The translations under genes were made by a program, and so were the position numbers. A stretch of 64,000 bases of DNA. Source: Barthelona sp. PCE (lineage: Eukaryota). Location of the stretch: assembly GCA_040285745.1 (NCBI GenBank), contig JAUFOR010000001.1, forward strand, positions 372,001 through 436,000, in the 5' to 3' direction. Each line of letters starts with the position of its first letter. Position 1 is the first letter of the stretch. Positions 42,804-52,135 of the stretch are shown here, piece after piece. The notes beneath the pieces are model-generated. The model did not search any database and had not been told where the DNA came from. It saw only the letters and a list, made by a program, of their open reading frames with translations.

Positions 42804-43549
42804 GGATTGTGTCCCTTGTAAACCCTTTGAAAAGAAGATAAAATGCAAAACGAGTATTTATGCTCGTATGAGTCACTAAAATAGTTTATTTCATGGCCAA
42901 ATGTTTGCATGAGTAATTTAAGGAAGATTGCATGGAAAAAAAAAGCAAGCGATGCTTATGAGAGGGCATTTCGCAAATTCACCGTTTGAGTAAGTTACAG
43001 TAATAATAATGGTACCAATTGGGCGCATGTCACAATTTTCGTCTGTTATACTGACACATCATGCTTCAAAAATCTTTAGATGAAAATATTCCCCTGCACA
43101 ACAGTTTAATATTCTTGTCCCTGTATTGAGCATAGTGATATGCTCGTGCAGTGGATGATTTCTTTTGTGTAGGATTACTGTATCCTGTCATTATCTGCAA
43201 ATTCTTAACAAATCTTCAATGAGACTGGTAAAACTTCATCTATGTGCGCGTTTTGGCTTCACTTCAAATATTCAACAACGATCACAACAATGGTAGCACA
43301 GCGCTTCAGATGTTAGTATTAGAAAAACAATCAATGAATGTGAGAAAATTCTAATTAAGAGTAATTACCATTAACTAGCATTTTCTTGGGGTTAGTATGT
43401 GGTGTAAAATTATACTTACGTGTGATTTACGCGATATTAATCTAAAAATGAGTGTATTTGGGCCTTTCACCTTTTCTCAACGTGTATTCCATTTCCATTT
43501 TTATAATTTCTACAATACCTGTCACACTTAGGTAATCACGGATAAAACA

Positions 43550-44611
43550 ATGTCATTATTGAAAAAACAAAGCATTTATACGGTTAGTGAAAAACCAGTG
43601 AACTACACCTTGTTCGGATGCGAATGGATCCCTTCCTCGAATCGCTTGGTTGTTGTTGGATCAAACCCCAACGCAACAGGATCACTGAGCATCATGCGTC
43701 TCGATGAAACAGAAATCAAGGTTGATAAAGTTAGCTCCAAACCTTCTGCATTACATTGCTGCTCGCTTCTCGATCGGAGAAGAGTGGTAGTTGGTGATTA
43801 TAATGGGTCAGTCGGTGTTTACGACATGCTTGACCTTGCACATCCTACTTTTAAGGTTCGTGCACACCAAGGAACTTGTTACTCTGTGGATACGTGCGGC
43901 TTGGTTGGAAAGGGCGCAGCTGAAATTGTCTCATGTGGTCAAGACGGTGCAGTACGTGTTTGGGATCCTCGTCAACCTTCTGCACCAGTTGCAGCATTAG
44001 AACCAGATGAGGGTGTCAAGGCACGCGATTGCTTCTGCGCCGCCTTCGGACACGCTCATACAAACACTGATAGGATGTTTGCTGCAGGCTATGACAATGG
44101 TGATGTGATTATATACGATTTGAAAGCGCAGGACATCCTTGCACAGTGGAACGTCGGGTCTGCTGTAATGGGTATTGAGTTTGACCGTAAAGATACAGTA
44201 ATGAACACATTGGCCATAACCACAATTGATGGTGAAATCTTCTTCTATGATCTTCAGACTTTTAATATGGACAGTGGGTTCGCTTCTCTAAAGGAGAACG
44301 TAGCGTCTTGTGCTCTTTGGAAAATTAAACATCTGCCTCAATGCAAGGAAATTATGGCAACAAGTGGAGGTGATGGAGAGATTCATTTATTCAAGTATCA
44401 GTATCCTCAAGAGAGGTCAAGGATTGACCCAGAGACCAATCAGAAGGTTGGTGTCATTGGAAGTTTCAACAAAATCACACAACAGGTCCTATCGACTCAG
44501 CCAGTTGCATCCTTTAGTTTCTCACCAGACTTTTTGGGTTTGTTTGCGTGCACGGCTTTTGATCAGACACTGAGATGTGGTGTCATTACCAGACTAGATG
44601 AACTACTGTAG
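43550..44611 (+). CDS. WDR92: WD40 repeat protein WDR92 / dynein axonemal assembly factor 10
   Basis: 353 aa; NYTLFGCEWIPSS, GAAEIVSCGQDGAVRVWDPRQ, ARDCFCAAFG, AAGYDNGDV, EFDRKD, LFKYQYP, STQPVASF, AFDQTLR. Confidence 0.9.
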   Translation: MSLLKKQSIYTVSEKPVNYTLFGCEWIPSSNRLVVVGSNPNATGSLSIMRLDETEIKVDKVSSKPSALHCCSLLDRRRVVVGDYNGSVGVYDMLDLAHPTFKVRAHQGTCYSVDTCGLVGKGAAEIVSCGQDGAVRVWDPRQPSAPVAALEPDEGVKARDCFCAAFGHAHTNTDRMFAAGYDNGDVIIYDLKAQDILAQWNVGSAVMGIEFDRKDTVMNTLAITTIDGEIFFYDLQTFNMDSGFASLKENVASCALWKIKHLPQCKEIMATSGGDGEIHLFKYQYPQERSRIDPETNQKVGVIGSFNKITQQVLSTQPVASFSFSPDFLGLFACTAFDQTLRCGVITRLDELL

Positions 44612-44648
44612 AATGTAAAGAGTGCGATTTTTTATTTTTAAAAAAAAC

Positions 44649-45311
44649 TTACTTCTTGCCCAAAATTTGCAAGATATAAAGGAATAGGTTAATAATATCA
44701 AGATACAAATCAACAACAACAATTGCCCATTCTGTTTCCAATTGGTCAATATGCATATGCATTAAACGAGCTGTATCACCAATAAGGAAAAGACTGAAAA
44801 TAAATGCACCCAGTATACAGTAGAGAGTGCTCATGCCAGTAACGGCGGGGAAGAGCCAGAGCATAACCCAGGACATAATGAGCAGAGTCATGGCCATACC
44901 CATACACTGGTTTGTGATTGTATAACTGATCTTTCCTGACCAAACCATGCCTGTGAGCACTAAAACAATAGTTCCAGTCAAGAAAACTGCAGCAGTGATT
45001 GCATCAGCTTCATAACTTGATACAATGAATCCAATACAGAAAGAAAAACAGAAAACGAAAGAATACAAAACAATCAGTGAGGCCATCGTGGAATGTTTGA
45101 CACAGAAAAGTGTAATAAGCAAAATAATACTTAAAACGTAAGGCACTACGAAATAAGAAGCATCGGTAGTAACTTCAATACGGCCATACATTGCGTAAGA
45201 GATGACTGCGGTCAATGTAAGAGTTAGGCAAAGGTGCATATAAACACGTTTGACTGCATCGTACTTCATCTCATCTTCTAGGCTAATGCTGTATTCGTCT
45301 AAGAATCCCAT
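44649..45311 (-). CDS. Bax inhibitor-1 / TMBIM family multi-pass membrane protein
   Basis: About 7 hydrophobic segments; KRVY N-terminal motif, IFSLFLIGDT and LYLDIINLFLYILQIL. First ATG is at 45311 (track used an upstream TTG at 45347). Confidence 0.88.
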   Translation of the reverse strand: MGFLDEYSISLEDEMKYDAVKRVYMHLCLTLTLTAVISYAMYGRIEVTTDASYFVVPYVLSIILLITLFCVKHSTMASLIVLYSFVFCFSFCIGFIVSSYEADAITAAVFLTGTIVLVLTGMVWSGKISYTITNQCMGMAMTLLIMSWVMLWLFPAVTGMSTLYCILGAFIFSLFLIGDTARLMHMHIDQLETEWAIVVVDLYLDIINLFLYILQILGKK

Positions 45312-45860
45312 TGTCAAAAAAAAAGGAGGTGAAAGAGGTTGAGACAAGTTTAAAAGGAGTATTCAACTTGTTTTCTCTATGAAATGTACTATACCACATT
45401 GCGTGCCTTTATTTCTATATTTTTTACAGCTTTTGACATCTTTATATAGTGTGAAGGAGGAACAAATTGAGACTCTTTTTAACCTTTCTTTGCATCAATA
45501 TATTGCATATTTTGCAGTTCTTTCCTGTCATTAAACCCTTTTCCTCGTCCTTAGTATATTTTACTCAGTCAGAGTAAAAAATTCAGTTTTGAATAACATT
45601 TTTTAAAGGGAAAAATCTTGTGCAGCTCAGACCCATGCCTGTCGCCCTTTCTGATGTACCTTCTTTGTTTAATTGAATGAAAATAATTCATTTGAAATCT
45701 GAGCTATTTACTACTACTTTTTGTAATCTATTTGACGTTGCTCATGACCTTCAGAACAGTTGTGAATGCTGGAAAAGGTTTTTGTTGTTCTACAAATTGT
45801 AAGATTTTTTTCTACTCATTTTCAGCGAAACTCTCTTAGTTATCACATCTCACTGATCAT

Positions 45861-46841
45861 ATGCCTAGTTCGGGATCCATTAACCAGAGGAATGCAAATT
45901 CTTCTTCTTTATTTCAGGATTGTACTTTTTCAAGTTCAGATAACAATTTAATTATTCAAACATTGCATGATGACAACCAACATTACGAAAAACCAGCGAT
46001 TGTAGATCATTTCAATAATTCAATCACCATTCTTCAGCCAATAGTTGAATATCAAGGTGTTGTTTTGCTTGATGCTCATAGAATCTATGATGAGACAAAA
46101 TGGCGCACAGGGTTTGTAACTAGAGAAGATTCTTATTGTATTTTATATATTGATGAAACTGAAGTAGCACAGTTTTCTATGCCAGAGTCATTTGAAGATT
46201 ATGAAATTGTATTTAACAGACATCATTATGCTTATTTCTCTCCTTTTAGGGACGGTTTTTACATAAATCAGGTTTTCTTTGGTGGTGTTGAAGTGCAATT
46301 ATTAAAAATTGTAGGTAATTACGTTTGGTATATTGATAGTTCTAATGTGTTAACAATGCTCATATTGAGTGAAAAAACGTTGGGTGTGATAACATCCGTG
46401 CAGCACAATTTAGAAGGTTTTCCTTTGTTTGTGTGTACCAATCCTTATTGTCCAAATGAGTGTTTTATTTATGGAGAAAACTCTTATTTTATACGTTATG
46501 ATAGTAGTAAGAAAGAGTTCATTACAATAAGTGTAGTATTTCCTGCAAACATTATCATTAGTAATGCATGTTTTATTGATGAGAGTATCTTAGTTTGTGA
46601 CAGAAGAGCATACGAGTTTGCTGATTCATATGTTATAAACATCTGGGATATTCCAACTATTGATGGAGTATTTACTTCACCTGAACCTGGTGTTTTAACT
46701 GGAGGATTTCATAACCAGTTACAAATCTTAAAGTTTGACGGCCGTGATAACTTTGAAAATAGTGTTGAAATCGTAGATGATACGAAATTCCTTTCAAAGT
46801 GTGAATTTTCAAAATTTTCCTGTTTCGGGCATTTCAAATAG
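45861..46841 (+). CDS. Hypothetical beta-strand-rich protein, possibly 5'-truncated
   Basis: 326-aa ORF, AT-rich, aromatic/acidic; in-frame TAG at 45837-45839 just upstream; no recognised domain. Confidence 0.6.
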   Translation: MPSSGSINQRNANSSSLFQDCTFSSSDNNLIIQTLHDDNQHYEKPAIVDHFNNSITILQPIVEYQGVVLLDAHRIYDETKWRTGFVTREDSYCILYIDETEVAQFSMPESFEDYEIVFNRHHYAYFSPFRDGFYINQVFFGGVEVQLLKIVGNYVWYIDSSNVLTMLILSEKTLGVITSVQHNLEGFPLFVCTNPYCPNECFIYGENSYFIRYDSSKKEFITISVVFPANIIISNACFIDESILVCDRRAYEFADSYVINIWDIPTIDGVFTSPEPGVLTGGFHNQLQILKFDGRDNFENSVEIVDDTKFLSKCEFSKFSCFGHFK

Positions 46842-46872
46842 TAACTGTTAGTATTCATGTTTTTTTTTACAT

Positions 46873-48993
46873 CTATGTTTGGTAATTAGGCATATGGAAT
46901 TCAATAATTGATGCCTCTGCAATGAAAGAGGGAATGTAAAACGTTTCCACTTTAGGATTTGTCGACTCTGGATCTTCTTCAACGTTATATGTTCTCAATA
47001 CCATGCTTTTAGTCTCAGCTTCAAATGTTGCTGATTGCACAACGTTATTCGGTTGATTTAAACTTGCATTATTAATGCACGGTATGTCATCATTGGTAAA
47101 AAAACGAGTTTTAATTACACCATCTTCAATAAATACTTTAATGATACCACCTTCAACGTGTAAGTAAGAATCTCCCAAGAAACCTATGAAACATCGACCT
47201 TCTGAAGCCCCATCACTGTTGGAAAAATCATAGAGCAGAATGGGTTTCAAAAAGCAACCAGTTGACCAATCCAAGCAGTGCAAATACTGAAGTTGGCAGT
47301 TCTCATAGTCTTTATGTACGATAAAGAGATGGTGATCAGCTGTTTCCACCATTGGAAGATTGTTAAGTTGTACATGTAATCCCTCAATGTCATAATCAAA
47401 GGTTATGTGTTTCTGAACCTCCACATCATTTCCATTGATGATTAATTGAACGAAATGCACTGCATTATCGCAAAAAAAAGCTGCCAAGTCTCCAGCAAAT
47501 GAGCAACAATGAGTAATATTGGTCTGAGGCGGTAACTCTAAAACCATTGTATCGCCCACATATAAAATGAGTGTATAATCATCAAGATAGTCAGTACTGA
47601 AAGATAGACCAAGAATGATGTTTCTAAAATTACTTCCTCCCTGCCCATATTCAGTTATGATAGGCTTGGATTCTGAACATTCCCATTCAATTTTGACCAG
47701 TCTTTTGTTCTGTCCTCTTCCATACCTCTCTGCCATCACAAAAAAATTATCCTCTTCAGGATGTACTGATAGTTGACTATATTTAAGTTGAAAGTTACTG
47801 TTGCTACTCACATTCCTTAATATGACGATTTTTTTTTCTTTAAGATAGAAGAAATACTGGGTATCAAAACCACTACTGCAAAAACATGCAATTCCGTCAT
47901 GAAAAATTTCCACAGGTTGGAGATTAGTAAGCTGCATCACATCGCTATTAATACATCTATACTGTATTGAACCGTAAGCTCCTGTATCATTACAACCACC
48001 ATAAAAAACACAATCATCATGATGAAAATCACTTTCTAAATCAATATCTTTGATATAATTGCATCTAATGTCAAAGAAAGACAGTCTACCCTCAGACATC
48101 TTCATTTCCCCGCCTTCTATATGCACTACAGTACATAATAATCCGTCGCTGACGATCATAATAAGAACATTCTGTGTCAGTGTAAACAAACTCATCCAGA
48201 AAAAGTAGCTCATCCTCAAAGCTTTCAGTTGTGGGAACCTTTCCATTAAACTAACGTAGTTCCTTTGGGTATCAACAATAATCATATCTAGAAGTCCATT
48301 ATTGCTAAATTTGCCAAAACAAACACAATTGGCGTTGCAACATGTCACATAACTGCTCTGATACACATCTTCCAAACGCTCAAGATCCGGCTCATGAGAT
48401 TCGTTCATGTCATCCACGGAGAAATTGTAGTGGTAAATGGAATTGTCTTCGAAACTATTCAAAACAATGAACTTGGGATTTATCTCCGAAGATATGAAGT
48501 AACTAAAATCACCAAGGCACCTGTACTCCTTGCTCTGTATATTCAAAATGTAACTTCGTGTTACTTCCTCATGCATATCGTCATTTGTTTCGGAAATGGA
48601 AAAAAAAAGATGTTTATCATCTAACGGTAAAACATCGCTCGACAAATATTGATCCTGATGAAGAGGGAAAGGTATATTTATACTTGTGTATTCATTACTT
48701 GTGATTTCCTTGAAGAATAAGACTGTAAGATCCACAAACATACCTTTGTTATCATAGTTTTCTTGAACACTGATCCAACCTGTGTCTGATGATCTAAACT
48801 TAGAGATATACTCAAGATGAATACCATCTACATACCCAACAAAGTCCTTGCCTTCAATGGCGCTTTCAATGAGGCTGATATCTGTGTTTTCTCTTGACTT
48901 AAGCAATCTTAGACCATGACCCTCAAATATCAGCTGCCCCTCGGGATACGCCCTGATGATAAGGTCGTCCTCGAATTTTCGAACCCTAGGCAT
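46873..48993 (-). CDS. Hypothetical beta-strand-rich (propeller-like?) protein
   Basis: 706-aa ORF, AT-rich, short alternating hydrophobic strands; no recognised family. Confidence 0.75.
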   Translation of the reverse strand: MPRVRKFEDDLIIRAYPEGQLIFEGHGLRLLKSRENTDISLIESAIEGKDFVGYVDGIHLEYISKFRSSDTGWISVQENYDNKGMFVDLTVLFFKEITSNEYTSINIPFPLHQDQYLSSDVLPLDDKHLFFSISETNDDMHEEVTRSYILNIQSKEYRCLGDFSYFISSEINPKFIVLNSFEDNSIYHYNFSVDDMNESHEPDLERLEDVYQSSYVTCCNANCVCFGKFSNNGLLDMIIVDTQRNYVSLMERFPQLKALRMSYFFWMSLFTLTQNVLIMIVSDGLLCTVVHIEGGEMKMSEGRLSFFDIRCNYIKDIDLESDFHHDDCVFYGGCNDTGAYGSIQYRCINSDVMQLTNLQPVEIFHDGIACFCSSGFDTQYFFYLKEKKIVILRNVSSNSNFQLKYSQLSVHPEEDNFFVMAERYGRGQNKRLVKIEWECSESKPIITEYGQGGSNFRNIILGLSFSTDYLDDYTLILYVGDTMVLELPPQTNITHCCSFAGDLAAFFCDNAVHFVQLIINGNDVEVQKHITFDYDIEGLHVQLNNLPMVETADHHLFIVHKDYENCQLQYLHCLDWSTGCFLKPILLYDFSNSDGASEGRCFIGFLGDSYLHVEGGIIKVFIEDGVIKTRFFTNDDIPCINNASLNQPNNVVQSATFEAETKSMVLRTYNVEEDPESTNPKVETFYIPSFIAEASIIEFHMPNYQT

Positions 48994-49258
48994 GAATAGC
49001 CGTGATGAAGTAGGTGAATATTATGATAGCTTGTATTTCTTAAAAATTAGTGCTTGTATGTGGCATATATGGATGATATAATACATTTTAAGTTGAAAAA
49101 AAACGCGAATGTGAAACAGAACTGCATTTGCATTTCTGTCCCCTCACAGTTTTATTGATGTGGCTTGCAGGGCTTGTAGCTCGTGATGGGCAAAATGGTG
49201 GACGGGTGAGGGCATTGGGTTGATTGTGGGGCACGTTTGCTGCATTGTGTTTTTTTTA

Positions 49259-51373
49259 CTAAATCAAATCTTCATCTATTTCATCATCCATCTCAGACTT
49301 GGCATTCTTAATCTGATCCTGGGAGTTATACATTCGCAGGATACGCTCACATGAAGTAGCATCCTCAATACCCTTATCTTCGCGAACGCACTTGAAACGT
49401 GGGAACCGACATGATATTCCTCTGTTTGGCTCAACTCTGTTATATGCAACGCGGTATAGGGGACTGATTGTTAGATCCGCAACAGATATCTCCCAGACCT
49501 GTGAAGGCTCCAACCAGTGAAAGCCTCGCATTTTGGCTTCGACTGGCACCTCAGCCATCACATCCGGCGGCCTTTTGTCCAAAACACGGGGCATATAATA
49601 GTTATGGAACTGGTCAATTAAGTCATCGGTAAGACCCGACCCAAACTTAAACATTGAAATGTAACACTCTTTTTCTTCATCGTACGCAGCCATGAGATAC
49701 GATCCTAGTTTCTTTGCTCGCTTTCCTGTACCGCCCAGAGCACCAACGGGTACCAAATCGAGTGTATCACCGCAACCCTCAATGTAATCCTTCTTTAATT
49801 TGCGCCATGCGAAGGATCGCTTATCAGGTGTGTAATTAGCGTCATCATAAAGACTCTTGATCATCAGACCCTCTGTTCCTGCTGACCTGCTTGTATCAAA
49901 AAACTCTGAAACCTGTTCCCAGTCGTCACATCGTCTCGACTCGGCAAAACGTGCAATACCCTCTTTCTTGGTCGGGTCAACCACACGGTGAAGCACGTCC
50001 TGTCTCTCAGCCAGACATTCATCGAGGTAGTGCTTCCCATTGTAATACATAAGGTCAAAACAGTAAAGAACGACGTCATGCTCAGCCCCATACTCCCTTG
50101 CCTTGGTGTCCTTGCGTCCACGGCGCTGAAGGTCCTGGAATCGCATCATTTTTCCGTCCTCATCATGAGCGACAATCTCGCAATCAATGACGATCGACTC
50201 AACTTCGTCTGAAAGGATGAGAGGAAGATTATCACGTAGTTTCGGATACTTGTCTGAAAGGTCCTCGAGGTTACGGCTAAAAATACGGAGATACTCTCCT
50301 TTTTTATAGTGAATCTGCCCACGTTCACCATCATACTTGAACTCACATACGAATTCCTTGCCCTCAAATCTTTTGAAGATCTCTTCGATCGCCTTTGATG
50401 ACTCGGCGAGCATTGGGTGACAAGGAACACCAATATCGAATTGTATTTCTTTTGCAATCAGCTCATCTGTTAAATTTTTGAAATTATCAAATATTACGCT
50501 GGTTATGCGTTCAACAACAGGATAAACACACCAAGCTTTCATAAGAGTCTCGTTTTTAAGGTTAACAGCCGCGGAAAGGCAAGGAAATATAGTTCGACTG
50601 CTGATACCAATACGCAATCTTCCCCTTACGAAACGTGCAATAAATTTGGCCTCAACCGTGGAGCACGAAACGAGCATACCAACTATCATATCCATCTTTG
50701 TCCGCTGCGAATTGCTTCCACTTGTTCCTGCTATTGTACGAAACTTATCAATAACGTTTATAACACTGAGTGTAGTTTTCTTTTTTTGGAAATATGCAGA
50801 CAGTGTCTTGCCCATTTTGAGATGTTCCACTGCATCACCGATGTCTCCATGGCGTAATTTTTCACGTACCTGCTTAACTTTCTTACCTGTTGCCTGCGCG
50901 ACACACTGAATGATTTGTGTCTCCCCAACTCCCAATTCAACACCATGGAATGTAGGGTATAGCTGCAGTAACATGAAATAGAGACATGGAGATAGATCTG
51001 CAGGGTTAATAAGAAGAACTGACTGGAAAAAATTACTTAAATACTCTGCCTTCTCTAGACGTTTAGTTGTACTTCCAACAACGTCAAGACACTTTGCTAG
51101 CGCACTGAATGGCATGCTCTCAAAGCAACCCCAAGGTTTGATATCCATGATACTCAGAAGACGACCTGCAATCTGTTGCTTCTGTTCAGGAGTCTTATCT
51201 TCATATAAATCAATGGATGGATCTATGGATACCTCCGCTTTTGGGTTGGTTTTTGCTACTTTGGTTGGATTTGAAGAAACTGTCCTAGATTTCGAAACCT
51301 TTCGTTTCTTCTTTTTCGTTTTCGAGCTCTTTTTCTTTGCCCCAGCACCAAAAAAGTGCGTTAAATCTTTCAT
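49259..51373 (-). CDS. LIG1: ATP-dependent DNA ligase I
   Basis: 704 aa; motif I CEFKYDGERGQIH, EGLMIK, WRKLKKDY, GDTLDLVPVG, SCRFPRF..VREDK; N-terminal PIP-box-like MKDLTHFF and Lys-rich NLS. Confidence 0.96.
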   Translation of the reverse strand: MKDLTHFFGAGAKKKSSKTKKKKRKVSKSRTVSSNPTKVAKTNPKAEVSIDPSIDLYEDKTPEQKQQIAGRLLSIMDIKPWGCFESMPFSALAKCLDVVGSTTKRLEKAEYLSNFFQSVLLINPADLSPCLYFMLLQLYPTFHGVELGVGETQIIQCVAQATGKKVKQVREKLRHGDIGDAVEHLKMGKTLSAYFQKKKTTLSVINVIDKFRTIAGTSGSNSQRTKMDMIVGMLVSCSTVEAKFIARFVRGRLRIGISSRTIFPCLSAAVNLKNETLMKAWCVYPVVERITSVIFDNFKNLTDELIAKEIQFDIGVPCHPMLAESSKAIEEIFKRFEGKEFVCEFKYDGERGQIHYKKGEYLRIFSRNLEDLSDKYPKLRDNLPLILSDEVESIVIDCEIVAHDEDGKMMRFQDLQRRGRKDTKAREYGAEHDVVLYCFDLMYYNGKHYLDECLAERQDVLHRVVDPTKKEGIARFAESRRCDDWEQVSEFFDTSRSAGTEGLMIKSLYDDANYTPDKRSFAWRKLKKDYIEGCGDTLDLVPVGALGGTGKRAKKLGSYLMAAYDEEKECYISMFKFGSGLTDDLIDQFHNYYMPRVLDKRPPDVMAEVPVEAKMRGFHWLEPSQVWEISVADLTISPLYRVAYNRVEPNRGISCRFPRFKCVREDKGIEDATSCERILRMYNSQDQIKNAKSEMDDEIDEDLI

Positions 51374-51494
51374 GGTTGTTCAAAAGGGATCAATATGTAG
51401 AAACATCGCTTTTATATTTTCTTTCCATATTTAGGGCTTAAAGAGTTTTTGTGTATTGTGATTCTTAAATTTTCAATTTTAATAAGGGAAGTAT

Positions 51495-51947
51495 TTATTC
51501 AATTTCGTGAAGGGCAATCCTATTCTGAAGATCATGAATTTTCTTTTTCAAAACTTTAATAAGCAAATTATCATCGTTTCTCAGGCTTAAATCTTTGATT
51601 TTATGTGATAGAAAGGCTTTTTCTTCCTCTAAAGCAACTAAACGTTCCTTTAGTGATTGGTTCTCATTTTTTGTTGCTTCTAGTTCACTTTGTAGTGAAT
51701 CTATGGACTCGTTTGTCATATTAAGGAGCTGTAAACGAAGGCGCTCGTTTTCTTCGATCAATTTGTTAAGAATTGTAAGATCATGCATTTTGGTAGAAGA
51801 ACGTCTATTCATTGCGATATCGTCCTGTATGAGATTAAACTGTTGACTTAAATGAAGAATTTTCCTATCTTTGTCCTCGATGATATCAATAAGGTGCTCT
51901 AAGTACTGTTCTGCCTGATCAATGTTGTCTATATCGGTGCTTTCCAT
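51495..51947 (-). CDS. Small coiled-coil protein
   Basis: 150 aa from ATG 51947; L/E/K heptad pattern. Confidence 0.7.
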   Translation of the reverse strand: MESTDIDNIDQAEQYLEHLIDIIEDKDRKILHLSQQFNLIQDDIAMNRRSSTKMHDLTILNKLIEENERLRLQLLNMTNESIDSLQSELEATKNENQSLKERLVALEEEKAFLSHKIKDLSLRNDDNLLIKVLKKKIHDLQNRIALHEIE

Positions 51948-52135
51948 CAAAAGGTGTTGTGAAAGATGTTTGAAAGTAAAAAATTGTTCTAAAACGTGAG
52001 AAATCTGAAAGCAGGTTTTTGCTTTCGCTTTGATTCAGGAAACTTTTTTGTCAAAACGGATACATTGTATAAAGTATAACCCTTCTCGAAAATTCATTTG
52101 GATAAATCAATGTTTTTCATAATCAGTCCATTTTC

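Noticed and set aside
30-42262. More than 100 short ORFs (60-195 aa) on both strands in the ORF track
   Set aside because: They are antisense or off-frame shadows of the giant minus-strand CDS, with no recognisable protein features
1-42803. Alternative genetic code or stop-codon readthrough as explanation for the fragmented ORF track
   Set aside because: The true frame showed no stops wherever translated, and neighbouring genes end normally at TAA or TAG
43094-43190. Short hairpins (GAGCATA-GTGA-TATGCTC; AGGAT...ATCCT) in the divergent spacer
   Set aside because: Stems of 5-7 bp are expected by chance; no tRNA, snoRNA or snRNA signature recognised
45766-45951. 61-aa ORF and GTAAGA...AG intron candidates extending the 45861 gene
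   Set aside because: No CTAAC-type branch point, and the spliced products are not convincing
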